Assembly (NCBI GenBank): GCA_013140565.1
Contig: JABFSP010000207.1
Coordinates: 1-54,475 of the forward strand
Origin: Ignavibacteria bacterium
GTDB taxonomy: Bacteria; Bacteroidota; Ignavibacteria; Tepidaquicellales; OLB5
Direction: 5' to 3'
Length of the DNA stretch: 54,475 nt
The translations under genes and the position numbers were made by a program. Position 1 is the first letter of the stretch. Each line of letters starts with the position of its first letter. This document shows positions 1-10,670 of the stretch, piece after piece. The notes under the pieces are model-generated. The model had not been told where the DNA came from. It saw nothing but the letters and a program-made list of their open reading frames with translations, and made no database searches.

Positions 1-8
1 GGGGGAAA

Positions 9-1292
9 TTATATCATCTCAATATAGTCAAGATCCTTACCATAAGTTTCCTCAAGTTTTGATGCTGATATGTACGCCAATAATAGTGCGATACCCGCCA
101 CTATTGCTGCGGAATATATTATTCCCGTAGGACCCTTCAAATACTGGAACAAAAGCGTTAAGGGAACGACTGCTCCCCTCACGAAATTAGGCACAGTTGT
201 TGTTACTGTTGCTCTCAGGTTTGTACCAAACTGTTCAGATGCATTTGTAACAAACACTGCCCAATATCCGCAGCTCACGCCAAGCAGCAGGCAAATTGTA
301 TAAAAGTAAAATGAGCCGAAATGATTGAAGAAAAGATATATTACTATCAGGATATTCGTTGCAAGTATAAATGCAAATATTATTTTCTTTCGTGATTTGA
401 AATACTGGCTTAAATATCCGCTTAAAAGGTCACCGAATGCAAGACCGATGTATGTGAACATCACTGATTTTGCCGGGGCAATGCCTTCAACTCCCAACGC
501 TTTGGCAAAAGCGTCACTGAAGGTAATCAGCACACCAACAACAAACCATAGCGGTGCGCCTATCAATATACATTTTACGTACTTTTTAAATCTTAGCCAG
601 TTGGTAAACAGGTGCTGGAACTGTCCCCTGCCTATTTCATCCTTCTTAATATTTTTGAACATTCCTGATTCATATACACCAATCCTTAAGAACAGTAAAA
701 GTAACCCGAGTCCCCCGCCGACAAAATAAGCGGTGCGCCAGTCAAATATATCAGCTACAAAAGCCGCCACAACCGCTCCAAGTATTCCAACTGATGCAAC
801 AATTGTAGTTCCGTAACCGCGTGATTCTTTGCTCATTACTTCGCTTACCAATGTAATTCCCGCGCCAAGCTCCCCAGCCAGGCCGATTCCCGCAATTACT
901 CTTAACACAGCATACTGCTGCACATCCATCACAAATCCGTTTAAAATATTAGCCACAGAATACATTATGATAGAACCAAACAGAACAGAAATTCTTCCGC
1001 GTTTATCGCCAAGTATTCCCCACAAAATTCCGCCAATGAGCATACCCGCCATCTGCATGTTAAGCAGCATTACACCGTCAGATAGCAGCGCATCACCTGT
1101 AACGCCAAGTGATTTAAGCGAGGAAATCCTAACAATGCTGAAGAGTATCAGGTCATAAATATCAACAAAATATCCCAGTGCGGCAACAATTACTATTGCA
1201 GAGACATTTTTTTTATGTTCCAGCGGTTTTTTTGAACCGCCGGGAGAATTATTTGAACCGCCAGAGATATTTTTTGAACCGGATTCTTGCAT
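9..1292 (-). CDS. MFS-family secondary transporter
   Basis: 427-aa ORF, hydrophobic throughout with about 12 helices. Loop motif GDKRGR after TM2 is typical of the major facilitator superfamily. Substrate not assignable. Confidence 0.8.
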   Translation of the reverse strand: MQESGSKNISGGSNNSPGGSKKPLEHKKNVSAIVIVAALGYFVDIYDLILFSIVRISSLKSLGVTGDALLSDGVMLLNMQMAGMLIGGILWGILGDKRGRISVLFGSIIMYSVANILNGFVMDVQQYAVLRVIAGIGLAGELGAGITLVSEVMSKESRGYGTTIVASVGILGAVVAAFVADIFDWRTAYFVGGGLGLLLLFLRIGVYESGMFKNIKKDEIGRGQFQHLFTNWLRFKKYVKCILIGAPLWFVVGVLITFSDAFAKALGVEGIAPAKSVMFTYIGLAFGDLLSGYLSQYFKSRKKIIFAFILATNILIVIYLFFNHFGSFYFYTICLLLGVSCGYWAVFVTNASEQFGTNLRATVTTTVPNFVRGAVVPLTLLFQYLKGPTGIIYSAAIVAGIALLLAYISASKLEETYGKDLDYIEMI

Positions 1293-1372
1293 TAAATTAA
1301 TTGAAGATTAATGTTAAATTTGAAAATTAATCCCCGAAAATAATACATTTACAGTAATTTAAAAAGCATAAT

Positions 1373-2302
1373 ATGGCTATTGTTAAATTAATTTCAGATT
1401 TTGACGGAGTATGGACGAACCAGGATATTGAGGCTGGTTATGTATGGAATTACATCTTGGTTACGACCGCATCACTTTCGGGCGATACACCAAAAGAAAT
1501 TGACAGTTTGCTTCAGGAAGCGAAAAAAGATATGGATAATACACCCTATGAATACGGCTGGTTTTTGGAAGGGAGTGTTTCATGCTATTACCAGGAAGAC
1601 CCTTTTGGAGATAACAACGCGATATTTGATTACATGAACAGGGCAGCCAGCAAGCGTTCATACTCACATTTTAAGCAGGAGCTTGCAAGATTAAAAGACG
1701 CCATATTAAAAAAGGGCAATATGACACTGGCTGAGTATTCCAATGACTGTTTCATGAAATCAACAACACAGTTTAAACTGGAAGGAAAATTGAAACCGGT
1801 TGAAACTTCGGGTGCAATTGTGAAGAAACTGAATTCCGCGGGCGTTGAAATTGTTGTTGTATCAAACTCCAAAACTGAAAAAATTGAACACCTTTTCCGC
1901 AAAGCGGGTCAGACTGTTACTAACGAAAACGCCATCGTAAGGGGAAGACTTCACGCAATAGGAGACGCCAGGAAATTTGTGGTTGATAATTCATTCAAAG
2001 AGCTTCCTGAATCACTGGAGATTACCAAACGCTTTAAAGTGAATCTGAGAAGGAAGAACTATTTTAAAATTTTGCTCGCCGAAAAACCCGATTATGTAAT
2101 TGGCGATGTGTTTTCGCTTGATCTTGCTCTCCCCCTTTATTTACGAATGAACGATGAAAGATTTTCTAAACTGAAAGTAATTCAGAAAGTGCATAAACAT
2201 ACACCAAGCTGGGTAAAAGATTATTTAGGAAAAGATGAATTTAAAGGGATCGCGTTTATGATTGATTCAATAGACGAATTGCCGGGAATTTTGCTGAAGT
2301 AA
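1373..2302 (+). CDS. HAD-superfamily hydrolase-like protein
   Basis: 309-aa ORF. N-terminal DFDGVWT fits HAD motif I (DxDx[TV]). VVVSNSKT (motif II-like) and KPDYVIGDVFSLD (motif III/IV-like) follow in the expected order. Substrate unknown. Confidence 0.45.
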   Translation: MAIVKLISDFDGVWTNQDIEAGYVWNYILVTTASLSGDTPKEIDSLLQEAKKDMDNTPYEYGWFLEGSVSCYYQEDPFGDNNAIFDYMNRAASKRSYSHFKQELARLKDAILKKGNMTLAEYSNDCFMKSTTQFKLEGKLKPVETSGAIVKKLNSAGVEIVVVSNSKTEKIEHLFRKAGQTVTNENAIVRGRLHAIGDARKFVVDNSFKELPESLEITKRFKVNLRRKNYFKILLAEKPDYVIGDVFSLDLALPLYLRMNDERFSKLKVIQKVHKHTPSWVKDYLGKDEFKGIAFMIDSIDELPGILLK

Positions 2303-2520
2303 TTTACGTAGATAATTGTATTTTTTAGAGTTTTATTTACTGCTATATTTAGTAAGTAAATCTAAACTTTAATGATCTGTTAAGTAATAAATTTAAAATC
2401 TTATTATTTTCATTAATTATACTAAATAACCTTTATACTCAAGTTCAGCAGGAATGGTTACTGAGGTTTAATGGTTCAGCAAACTCTTTTGATGCTGGTC
2501 AGTGTTGTACATTAGACAAT

Positions 2521-4023
2521 TTGGGAAATATAATTATTGGGGGATCCAGCTCAACTGCTCAAAATTTCAGAGATTTCATTACAATTAAATACAATCCTAG
2601 CGGTGTTTTACTTTGGATGCAAACATATAATGGTCCCGGGAATTCAGAAGACCATATTTTATCGATAGAAAGTGATAATTCGGGTAATATTTATGTTCTG
2701 GGCAGAAGTAAGGGAAATGGAACTGGAGATGATTACGCAACAATAAAGTATAATTCAAACGGCATACAACAATGGGTTCAAAGATATAATGGTGGTGGAG
2801 GTGGAGATGACGATCCTAATAGAATTTTAGTAGATGACTCATCAAATGTTTATATTACCGGCAGAAGCCAGCAATCTATTGGAGGAATTTATCATATCGC
2901 AACTGTGAAATACAATAAAGATGGAGTCTTTCAATGGGCCAATTGGATTAGCGGTGAAGGAGGAGACAGTTTTGGCTGGGATGCTATTTTGGATAATCAG
3001 AATAACATATATGTAACTGGTTTCTTATCTGAACTTTTCACGGGAGCATCAACTGTATTAGTAAAATATAATAAAACAGGTAATCCTCTTTGGTTAAGAA
3101 AATATTCAGGCGAAACTGAAGATACTGAAGAGGCTAGGTCAGTATCAATTGATAATTTAAACAATGTTTATATTTCTGGATATAGTTGGAGTTTAAACAA
3201 CGGTCCTGATTTTTTAACGATAAAATATGATTCAAGCGGAAATCAAAAATGGGTAAAAACTTACAATGGTCCTGGCAATAACTACGATTGGGCAAATAAA
3301 ATTATTGTTGATAATCAAAATAACATCTATGTTACCGGTTTTATTTCAGTATTAAACCCAATATCAAGCGATATTGCAACTATTAAATATGATTCATTGG
3401 GTAATGAGCTTTGGGTTCGTACATACAATGGACCTGGTAATAACAATGAATTTCCTACTTCAATTGACATAGATAATTTGGGCAATGTTTATGTCGCAGG
3501 TTCCAGTAACAACAGTAACAACAGTAACAACCTTTCAGATTATGTTTCAATAAAATATGATCCTCAAGGCAATGAACAATGGGCTTTAAGATACAATGGA
3601 CCACCCGATAGTTCAGACATGGCAAATTCAATTGTTGTTGATAACGAAAATAATGTATACGTTACGGGTTCAAGCAGAGGTTCAGGATCTTCCAGTGATA
3701 TAGTTACTATAAAGTATTCACAGCCAATCGGGATAATTTCCAGTTCGAATGAACAACCAAAATACTTTGCTTTAGAACAAAATTATCCTAACCCATTTAA
3801 TCCGCATACTTACATAGGTTTTCAAATTCAAAAAAGGGGGTACGTAAAGCTTACCATATTTGATATTCGAGGGAGAAGTATTGAATCTTTGGTCAATCAA
3901 GTTTTAAACACAGGGTTCTATAAAGTTCAATGGGATGGTTCAAACATGCCAAGTGGCATATATTACTATAATATTAGAACAGATCAATTTAACGAAACTA
4001 AAAAATTGGTGTTGTTGAAATAA
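2521..4023 (+). CDS. SBBP-type beta-propeller repeat protein with T9SS C-terminal sorting domain
   Basis: Repeated units of about 50 aa of the form ..D.ATIKYN..G...W...YNGPG...D... The C-terminus is FALEQNYPNPFNP...SGIYYYNI...KKLVLLK. The ORF-track start is a TTG, but the frame is open from 2356 and the upstream part encodes a signal-peptide-like KFKILLFSLIILNNLYTQ. The true 5' end is therefore probably near 2372-2398 (see finding). Confidence 0.75.
   Translation: MGNIIIGGSSSTAQNFRDFITIKYNPSGVLLWMQTYNGPGNSEDHILSIESDNSGNIYVLGRSKGNGTGDDYATIKYNSNGIQQWVQRYNGGGGGDDDPNRILVDDSSNVYITGRSQQSIGGIYHIATVKYNKDGVFQWANWISGEGGDSFGWDAILDNQNNIYVTGFLSELFTGASTVLVKYNKTGNPLWLRKYSGETEDTEEARSVSIDNLNNVYISGYSWSLNNGPDFLTIKYDSSGNQKWVKTYNGPGNNYDWANKIIVDNQNNIYVTGFISVLNPISSDIATIKYDSLGNELWVRTYNGPGNNNEFPTSIDIDNLGNVYVAGSSNNSNNSNNLSDYVSIKYDPQGNEQWALRYNGPPDSSDMANSIVVDNENNVYVTGSSRGSGSSSDIVTIKYSQPIGIISSSNEQPKYFALEQNYPNPFNPHTYIGFQIQKRGYVKLTIFDIRGRSIESLVNQVLNTGFYKVQWDGSNMPSGIYYYNIRTDQFNETKKLVLLK
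3505..3531 (+). repeat. In-frame 9-bp microsatellite AGTAACAAC x3 (encodes SNNSNNSNN) inside the SBBP gene
   Basis: Three perfect tandem copies read directly from the sequence at 3505-3513, 3514-3522 and 3523-3531. Confidence 0.85.
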
Positions 4024-4037
4024 GAGTTATAGATCTT

Positions 4038-5897
4038 TTATAACCCCGTCCTGTAGAACATTTTATCAAGCTCATCCATAGAGAGCTTTACTATTGTGGG
4101 TCTGCCGTGGGGACAAACATACGGCATCTTGACAGAAAACAGCTTATCTATGAGGTTCAGCATTTCACCTTCAGTCAGATGGTCACCCGCTTTAATTGCA
4201 TGCTTGCATGCATATGATTTTGCAAGGTTATCACGCTTTTCAAGGTTCAGTTTAATATCATACTCCTTAAACTGATCTATCAGTTCCTGCAGTATCTTGC
4301 CTTCATCACCTATTCTCACATCAGATGGAATTCCCTTAATTTTAACTTTCCGTTTGCTTTGCACTTCAAGATCAAACCCCAATGAACCAAGCTCCGCAAC
4401 AATTGATTTCACCACTTCATAATCAACCGGGTTCAGCTCAACGTATATAGGTATTAGCAGCTGCTGTGTTAAATTGGCATTTGAGTTAAGCCTGTCTATT
4501 GCCTGTTCATACAATATTCTCTCATGCGCCGCATGCTGATCAATTATCATCAAAGTACTTTCAAGCTGGTACATTATATATTTTCTCTGGAACTGCCATA
4601 TTTCGTTCTTATTTACAAGGCTGTCGGTATCAGGTTCTTTATACATCTTTTCATCAAGCGCGGTTTTTACAGGTTCAACCAAACCTTCATCTGTAAATTC
4701 AAATGCTGATTTTTGGTTCTTCCCGAACATTTCATGAATTACTGTTGATTCACCCTCGGAGCCTTCATGTTTTTTGAAAGTAAATCCGCCGCTTTGTGGC
4801 GTTTTGCCGGTGAAATTTGAGGATTTAAAAATATTGGCATTATATACCGGTTTATTCTGAACCGCATCAAATCCGGCGGTTTCGGGAATCTTAACCTTAA
4901 CTATCAGGTCATTTTTTTCAAGTGTACTCCATACACCCCTTCGCACAAAACTGAATATTGCGCGCTCTTCTTCAAACTTAACTTCCAGTTTTGAAGGGTG
5001 AACGTTGATATCAAATTTTTCAGGGTCAAGTGTTATGAAAAGGAAAAAATTAGGATAGTCGCCCTTATCAACAAGGTCTTCATAAGCTGAGTGCACTGCA
5101 AATGATAAAGCTTTACTCACAACATATCTGTTGTTCAAATACAGATTCTGGTCCTGTTTGCTTTTTTTGGTAAAACTGGGTTTGGAAATGTACCCTTTAA
5201 GAGAAAGCAGTTCATTTGAATGCTCTACTTCCAGCAGGTTCTCACCTGCTTCTTTGCCAAATATAGATGTTAGTCTATCAATTAATGAATGTGCCGGCAG
5301 GTCGAAGATCTCTTCATCTTCATTGATAAATGAAAATGCGCATCCCGGATTTGCAATTGCTAGCCTTGTAAATGTATCGTAAATATGCCTGAATTCGGTC
5401 TGGTTGGTCTTTAAAAAATTTCTTCGTGCGGGGGTATTGTAAAACAAATTCCTTACAGCAATTGATGTACCTTTTTCAGTTTGTACCTTTGTATGCTCAA
5501 CAATTTCATTTCCGTGATTTTTGATCAGAGTGCCAAGTTCATCCTCTTCCGTACGGGTTTTAAGCTCAACCTGCGCCACGGCTGCAATTGAAGCAAGCGC
5601 TTCACCCCTAAAACCAAGTGTTGTGATATGTTCTAGGTCATCAGCAACGGATATTTTGCTTGTTGCATGCCTTTGAAAGCTTAAGATAGCGTCATCCTCA
5701 TTCATTCCGCTGCCGTTATCAATTACCTGTATCAATGCTTTACCCGCATCGCGAATTATCAATTGAACAGAAGCCGCGCCGGCATCAATTGAATTTTCGA
5801 TGAGCTCCTTTACAACAGCTTCGGGTCTGCCTACAACTTCCCCGGCCGCTATTCGGTTAGCTATGAACTGGGGTAATATTTTTATCTGACTGGTCAT
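4038..5897 (-). CDS. mutL: DNA mismatch repair protein MutL
   Basis: N-terminal GHKL ATPase motifs IANRIAAGEVVGRPEAVVKELIENSIDAGA and DNGSGM. C-terminal dimerisation/endonuclease region ends in ..CPHGRPT... The start is set at the internal Met (MTSQIKILPQ), 9 codons inside the ORF-track start. Confidence 0.92.
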   Translation of the reverse strand: MTSQIKILPQFIANRIAAGEVVGRPEAVVKELIENSIDAGAASVQLIIRDAGKALIQVIDNGSGMNEDDAILSFQRHATSKISVADDLEHITTLGFRGEALASIAAVAQVELKTRTEEDELGTLIKNHGNEIVEHTKVQTEKGTSIAVRNLFYNTPARRNFLKTNQTEFRHIYDTFTRLAIANPGCAFSFINEDEEIFDLPAHSLIDRLTSIFGKEAGENLLEVEHSNELLSLKGYISKPSFTKKSKQDQNLYLNNRYVVSKALSFAVHSAYEDLVDKGDYPNFFLFITLDPEKFDINVHPSKLEVKFEEERAIFSFVRRGVWSTLEKNDLIVKVKIPETAGFDAVQNKPVYNANIFKSSNFTGKTPQSGGFTFKKHEGSEGESTVIHEMFGKNQKSAFEFTDEGLVEPVKTALDEKMYKEPDTDSLVNKNEIWQFQRKYIMYQLESTLMIIDQHAAHERILYEQAIDRLNSNANLTQQLLIPIYVELNPVDYEVVKSIVAELGSLGFDLEVQSKRKVKIKGIPSDVRIGDEGKILQELIDQFKEYDIKLNLEKRDNLAKSYACKHAIKAGDHLTEGEMLNLIDKLFSVKMPYVCPHGRPTIVKLSMDELDKMFYRTGL

Positions 5898-5969
5898 GGT
5901 TAAATAAGAATTAAAGCAACCCAATGGAACCCTTCGTTCCTGCCTGCGGCAGTCTCTCAGGATTAGAGG

Positions 5970-6893
5970 TCAATCTTCAAGCAAAGCGTGAACAAAACTT
6001 TCCTTATCAAAAACCTGCAGGTCGTCAATTTGTTCACCTACTCCAATGTATCTCACGGGAATTTTCATTTCGCTGCTTATCTTCAATACAATTCCGCCTT
6101 TTGCGGTTCCGTCAAGCTTTGTTAATACAAGTCCGGTAAGCGGAATTGAATTACTGAACTCTCTTGCCTGTGTCATACCGTTTTGACCAGTGGTTGCATC
6201 CAATACAAGAAGCACTTCGTGCGGAGCATCCGGTAGCTGTTTTTGTATAACGCGGTTTATCTTGCTGAGTTCTTCCATCAGGTTAACTTTTGTATGGAGC
6301 CTTCCCGCAGTATCAATTATAACAACATCATATCCTTTTGCTATACCTGATTGAATTGTATTGTAGACAACTGCGCTGGGGTCGCTGCCATGAGCCAATT
6401 GAATAATTTCTGTCCCTGATCGTTTTGCCCAGGTTTCAAGCTGTTCGTTAGCAGCCGCGCGGAAAGTATCCGCTGCGCCAATAAGCACACTATAACCCGC
6501 ATTTTTATAATTGTAAGCAAGCTTACCTATTGAAGTTGTTTTGCCTACACCGTTTACTCCAATTACTATTATTACGTATGGTTTTTTATCTACTTTGAAT
6601 GGTTCTTTTACTTCACCGTTACCGCTTACGAAAGCTTTCTTCAGTTCATCTCTTAAAATCGCCTGAAGCTGGTCAGTGCGCTCGTATTTTTCTTCCTTAA
6701 CGCGCTCTTTAAGATTCTTGATTATCTTTTCAGTGGTATTTACGCCTACATCAGAGCTCAAAAGGATCTCTTCGAGGTTATCAAGGAAATCGTCATCAAT
6801 ATCGCTTTTGGCATTAACAAGCTTATCAATTTTATTGAATATATTTTCATGGGTTTTCTTCAAACCCTGCTTTAATTTATCAAAAAGTCCCAT
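5970..6893 (-). CDS. ftsY: Signal recognition particle receptor FtsY
   Basis: SRP-GTPase NG domain with GVNGVGKTTSIGKLA (G1), DTAGRLH (G3) and TKLDGTAKGG (G4). A short form without the acidic A domain. Confidence 0.92.
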   Translation of the reverse strand: MGLFDKLKQGLKKTHENIFNKIDKLVNAKSDIDDDFLDNLEEILLSSDVGVNTTEKIIKNLKERVKEEKYERTDQLQAILRDELKKAFVSGNGEVKEPFKVDKKPYVIIVIGVNGVGKTTSIGKLAYNYKNAGYSVLIGAADTFRAAANEQLETWAKRSGTEIIQLAHGSDPSAVVYNTIQSGIAKGYDVVIIDTAGRLHTKVNLMEELSKINRVIQKQLPDAPHEVLLVLDATTGQNGMTQAREFSNSIPLTGLVLTKLDGTAKGGIVLKISSEMKIPVRYIGVGEQIDDLQVFDKESFVHALLED

Positions 6894-6951
6894 ATTTTGT
6901 ATTGATTAAGTGCAAAGTTACTTAATAAGGGCAAGATTAACAATGAACAAT

Positions 6952-6977
6952 AAAAAACCCGCTTTAATGCGGGTTTT
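6952..6977 (-). terminator. Rho-independent terminator downstream of the 6984-9023 gene
   Basis: Stem AAAACCCGC / GCGGGTTTT with a 6-nt loop, followed by a T-run on the minus strand. Confidence 0.6.
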
Positions 6978-6983
6978 ATTGAA

Positions 6984-9023
6984 TTATTTTATTAATATCA
7001 TTTTCCGTGAATCCGAAAATTTTTCAGTAATTATACGGTAGAAATAAACACCACTAGGCAAATTTGCAGCGTTCCATTTGATTTCATAACTTCCTCTACT
7101 CATAGCATCATCTAACAATACTTCAATTTCCTTTCCTGTAATATCAAATACAATTAACTTTACAAATGTATTTTCCGGCAAATCAAATCTAATATTGGTT
7201 TCAGGGTTAAACGGATTTGGGTAATTTTGATGAAGTAAAAACTGATTCGGGATTTCGCTAGAAATTGGTTCAATGCCAATTGCGGCACTGTTTGTATTTC
7301 TGAACAAAGAACCATTTTCACCCGCAACCCAGCCGGTATTTTCATTAATATATGAAATACTATAGCATGTATTTGGAGAATTATTTAATTCAGAATTAGC
7401 CCAATTGATTCCCCCGTTCACAGATTTATAAACATTTGAACCTGTAACCGCATATAAAGTGTTTCCTATTGTGCTTACTCGTTTTAAACCATTCATCAGG
7501 TCGTTATTAACTTTAATCCAGTTCAATCCCGAATTTGAAGTTTTAAATATATATTTATAACTAAATGCATATGCAGAATTGTTATCTGTAATGCATACAT
7601 CAAAGATCCAGTTTTCTTCCGGGATATAATTTTCTGACCAGTTAATTCCCATATTTGTTGAAACCAGAATTATACTATCCATGGTAATTGCTGCTAAATT
7701 TTGATTACTAAACTGAACGGTCCTCAAAATCTTTGAATGAATCCCGGTATTTAAGTTTGACCAATTTGAGCCGCTGTTTGAAGTATACAATATTGTACCT
7801 GAATCACCGGATATCCATCCTTTGTTCTGATCGGCAAAATAAATATTGAACAATTGTTGTGTAGTATTTAAATTTGTAATACTCCAGTTAATTCCCGCAT
7901 TTGTTGTTTTGTATACTTTTCTGTCACCTGACAATAACCAACCTGTATTAAGGTTCAAGAAATATAATTCCAGCTTTTCAAGTGTTCCTATTTGAATTTT
8001 TGTCCATGTATTCCCTCCATCAAAAGATTTCGCAAAAATTCCTCTTACACCTGAAATATAACCAGTATTTTGATCAAAGAACTTTACAAGCATATCAGTA
8101 TTGATTTTTTTCGAAATATTATTCCAATTCAGACCGGAATTAGTTGTTTTTGCAATAAAATTGTATCCGCCCGCAATCATAGCTGAATTTGAGTTTAGAG
8201 CTTTCACGTCAGCACCCTCACTTCCTGCCTGCAATATTGACCAGTTATTACCGCCGTTGGTAGTATACATAGTATTTGGATATCCAATTCCGTATCCTGT
8301 ATTAGCGTCAACAAATTCAATTGAAAGCAAACGGGTTAAAGGATGTGATTGTACAAACCAGTTCATCCCGCCATTAGTGGTTTTTCTGAGTGTATTTACA
8401 AATTGATTTCCTTCGTAATGCCACCCGGTATTTTCATTGGCAAAAAAGAGCTTGCCGTAAGGTGCAGTGTTAGAACTCCAGTTGTTTCCAAAATTCGTTG
8501 TCTTCAGCAATTCACCGTTAAAGGAAGATACATATCCGGTACTTGTATTAATAAAGAACGTGTAAAGGAAATATCTGTTGCTTCCCCTCAGAATTATATC
8601 CCAGTTAGTCCCGCCATTTGTTGTCTTAATTAAATTATATCCTGCGGCAACTATTCCGGTGTTAGCATCTGCAAAATAGTAAGAATAGATCGGGGAATTA
8701 TTATTCATATCCAATTGAGACCAGTTAACTCCACCATTCGTTGTTTTGAACATTATATTACTTTCACTGCTGACGTATCCTGTATTGCCATTCACAAAAT
8801 CAATATTTATCAAGTTAGCTGAAGGAGTATTTCTGTATACCCAGTTTGCTCCGCCGTCACTTGTATGCAATACTATCCCCTGATTACCAACTATCCACCC
8901 GGTATTTTGGTTAATGAAATCAATTTTATGGAGATCTTCAAAAGGCTGGATTGGATTTAGATTTACCCATTGCGAAAAAATATTCGCTGAAAACAAAAAA
9001 ATGAATGAAATTATCAGTTTCAT
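6984..9023 (-). CDS. BNR/Ycf48-like multi-blade beta-propeller protein with T9SS C-terminal sorting domain
   Basis: Signal peptide MKLIISFIFLFSANIFSQ. About 13 repeats of the T[TS]N.G.NW signature (TSDGGANW, TTNGGVNW, TTNGGTNW and so on). C-terminus LLHQNYPNPFNP...SGVYFYRI...RKMILIK. Confidence 0.75.
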   Translation of the reverse strand: MKLIISFIFLFSANIFSQWVNLNPIQPFEDLHKIDFINQNTGWIVGNQGIVLHTSDGGANWVYRNTPSANLINIDFVNGNTGYVSSESNIMFKTTNGGVNWSQLDMNNNSPIYSYYFADANTGIVAAGYNLIKTTNGGTNWDIILRGSNRYFLYTFFINTSTGYVSSFNGELLKTTNFGNNWSSNTAPYGKLFFANENTGWHYEGNQFVNTLRKTTNGGMNWFVQSHPLTRLLSIEFVDANTGYGIGYPNTMYTTNGGNNWSILQAGSEGADVKALNSNSAMIAGGYNFIAKTTNSGLNWNNISKKINTDMLVKFFDQNTGYISGVRGIFAKSFDGGNTWTKIQIGTLEKLELYFLNLNTGWLLSGDRKVYKTTNAGINWSITNLNTTQQLFNIYFADQNKGWISGDSGTILYTSNSGSNWSNLNTGIHSKILRTVQFSNQNLAAITMDSIILVSTNMGINWSENYIPEENWIFDVCITDNNSAYAFSYKYIFKTSNSGLNWIKVNNDLMNGLKRVSTIGNTLYAVTGSNVYKSVNGGINWANSELNNSPNTCYSISYINENTGWVAGENGSLFRNTNSAAIGIEPISSEIPNQFLLHQNYPNPFNPETNIRFDLPENTFVKLIVFDITGKEIEVLLDDAMSRGSYEIKWNAANLPSGVYFYRIITEKFSDSRKMILIK

Positions 9024-9163
9024 AAGGCACTCCGTTATTTAAATTAATAAGATTTATTATATCAAACTTAATTATTCATATCAAATAAATCAATCTATTT
9101 TCCCTTTAACCTGAATTTTACTCTGGTTATATTTGCAGTACAACAAAAACTAAATCCATCAAA

Positions 9164-9679
9164 ATGAAGATTTTCCTCAATTTTGCCTCATTTTTTGCCA
9201 TAATTTTCTTCTTGAATGCCTGCGGAAAAGATACAAAACAAACGCAATCAAGCTTAACCAACATCGAAGATGAAAAGAAATTCGCTCAGACTTTGTATGG
9301 CGATGAAGTAAAAGTCATTGCAAAAGGAGACCTCCTTAGTAACGGTAAACAGTCAGCAATTGCCGCTATAGTTATGAAGCAGACAGATAACAGCTACTGG
9401 ATAAAACGCGGAAGTTTTATGCAGAAAGAATCTGACGGATGGAAAGTGCTGTTAAAAATGGAAGATAAAATATCTAATCCAAAAGGAAATCTTGTTGAAC
9501 AGGTTGACGCAAAGAACGGCTACATAATCAGGTTTGATTCAACAAAAAAGCCGCTTGTAATTAATATAGTAATGGCAAATGAGTACGGCAAATCAGAAAG
9601 CGATGAAGCTGAAATAAAATGGAATGACAAAATAAGCAATTTTGAATTCACTTCGCCAAATAACGAGATCCCTCAATAA
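9164..9679 (+). CDS. Hypothetical lipoprotein
   Basis: 171-aa ORF with a lipobox-like signal (FFLNAC). No recognisable family. Confidence 0.5.
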   Translation: MKIFLNFASFFAIIFFLNACGKDTKQTQSSLTNIEDEKKFAQTLYGDEVKVIAKGDLLSNGKQSAIAAIVMKQTDNSYWIKRGSFMQKESDGWKVLLKMEDKISNPKGNLVEQVDAKNGYIIRFDSTKKPLVINIVMANEYGKSESDEAEIKWNDKISNFEFTSPNNEIPQ

Positions 9680-9700
9680 TAGACTGCGTTAAAAATTTAA

Positions 9701-10534
9701 ATGGAACCTAAAAAAGCACTCAAGTGGGTTATATTCTGGATAAGTATTGCATTAGCCTTCAATGCGGGAGTATATTATTTTTTAGGTCAGCAAAAAGCAA
9801 TTGAATTCCTTACAGGTTATATAATCGAAGAATCTTTAAGCGTTGATAATCTTTTTGTATTCTTGGTTTTGTTTAAATATTTCAAAATACCTTTCCACGC
9901 ACAAAGGCGCGTTTTGAACTGGGGAATTGTTGGTGTAATAATCCTGCGCGGCGTTTTCATATTGCTGGGTTCCGCGCTCATTTCAAACTTTGGATTCGTA
10001 CTTTACTTCTTCGGTGCCATATTGATCTATTCAGGTTACCAAATGGCATTTGGTAAAGAAAAGGAAATTCACCCTGAAAACAATAAAGTTCTAAAACTTT
10101 TTAAAAGGTTCTATAAAGTTACCACGGAGTATCACGGTGAACATTTCTTCATCAAAAAGAATGGTCTGCACTACGCAACTCCGCTTTTTGTTTGTCTTTT
10201 GGTAATTGAATCAACTGACCTCGTATTTGCGATAGATTCAATTCCGGCTATTTTTGCTATTACAACCGACCCCTTCATAATTTTCTCTTCTAACATACTG
10301 GCTGTTCTCGGGCTCCGTTCAATGTATTTTCTGCTTTCAGCCGTTGCTGATAAATTCGAATTTGTCAAAAAAGGTGTGGGGATCATACTGGTTTATGTTG
10401 GCATAAAAATGCTGCTTCCCATGATAAATTCAGCGTGGCACATACCTGTTTTCATTTCCTTAATCGTCATACTTGCCGTATTGGCACTTTCCGTGCTGAT
10501 TTCAATCATTCAGAACAAAAGGGCAGCAAATTAG
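9701..10534 (+). CDS. TerC-family integral membrane protein
   Basis: 277 aa and polytopic. The signature EESLSVDNLFVF and a second AIDSIPAIFAIT repeat are typical of the TerC/Alx family. Confidence 0.8.
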   Translation: MEPKKALKWVIFWISIALAFNAGVYYFLGQQKAIEFLTGYIIEESLSVDNLFVFLVLFKYFKIPFHAQRRVLNWGIVGVIILRGVFILLGSALISNFGFVLYFFGAILIYSGYQMAFGKEKEIHPENNKVLKLFKRFYKVTTEYHGEHFFIKKNGLHYATPLFVCLLVIESTDLVFAIDSIPAIFAITTDPFIIFSSNILAVLGLRSMYFLLSAVADKFEFVKKGVGIILVYVGIKMLLPMINSAWHIPVFISLIVILAVLALSVLISIIQNKRAAN

Positions 10535-10670
10535 CACTTTTTTACGTTATTTTTTCTTTAATTATACCGTATTGAGATTATTTCTTTTGGGTTTTAAAAA
10601 TGGTTATTTTTAAGTAATTTTAACAAAATTTTGCAACTAAACTCGACCATAATAGAAAGTTAAGTGATTA

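Noticed and set aside
9680-9700. A manganese (yybP-ykoY) riboswitch, which often precedes TerC-family genes
   Set aside because: Only 21 nt separate the TerC-like gene from the upstream ORF, which leaves no room for a riboswitch.
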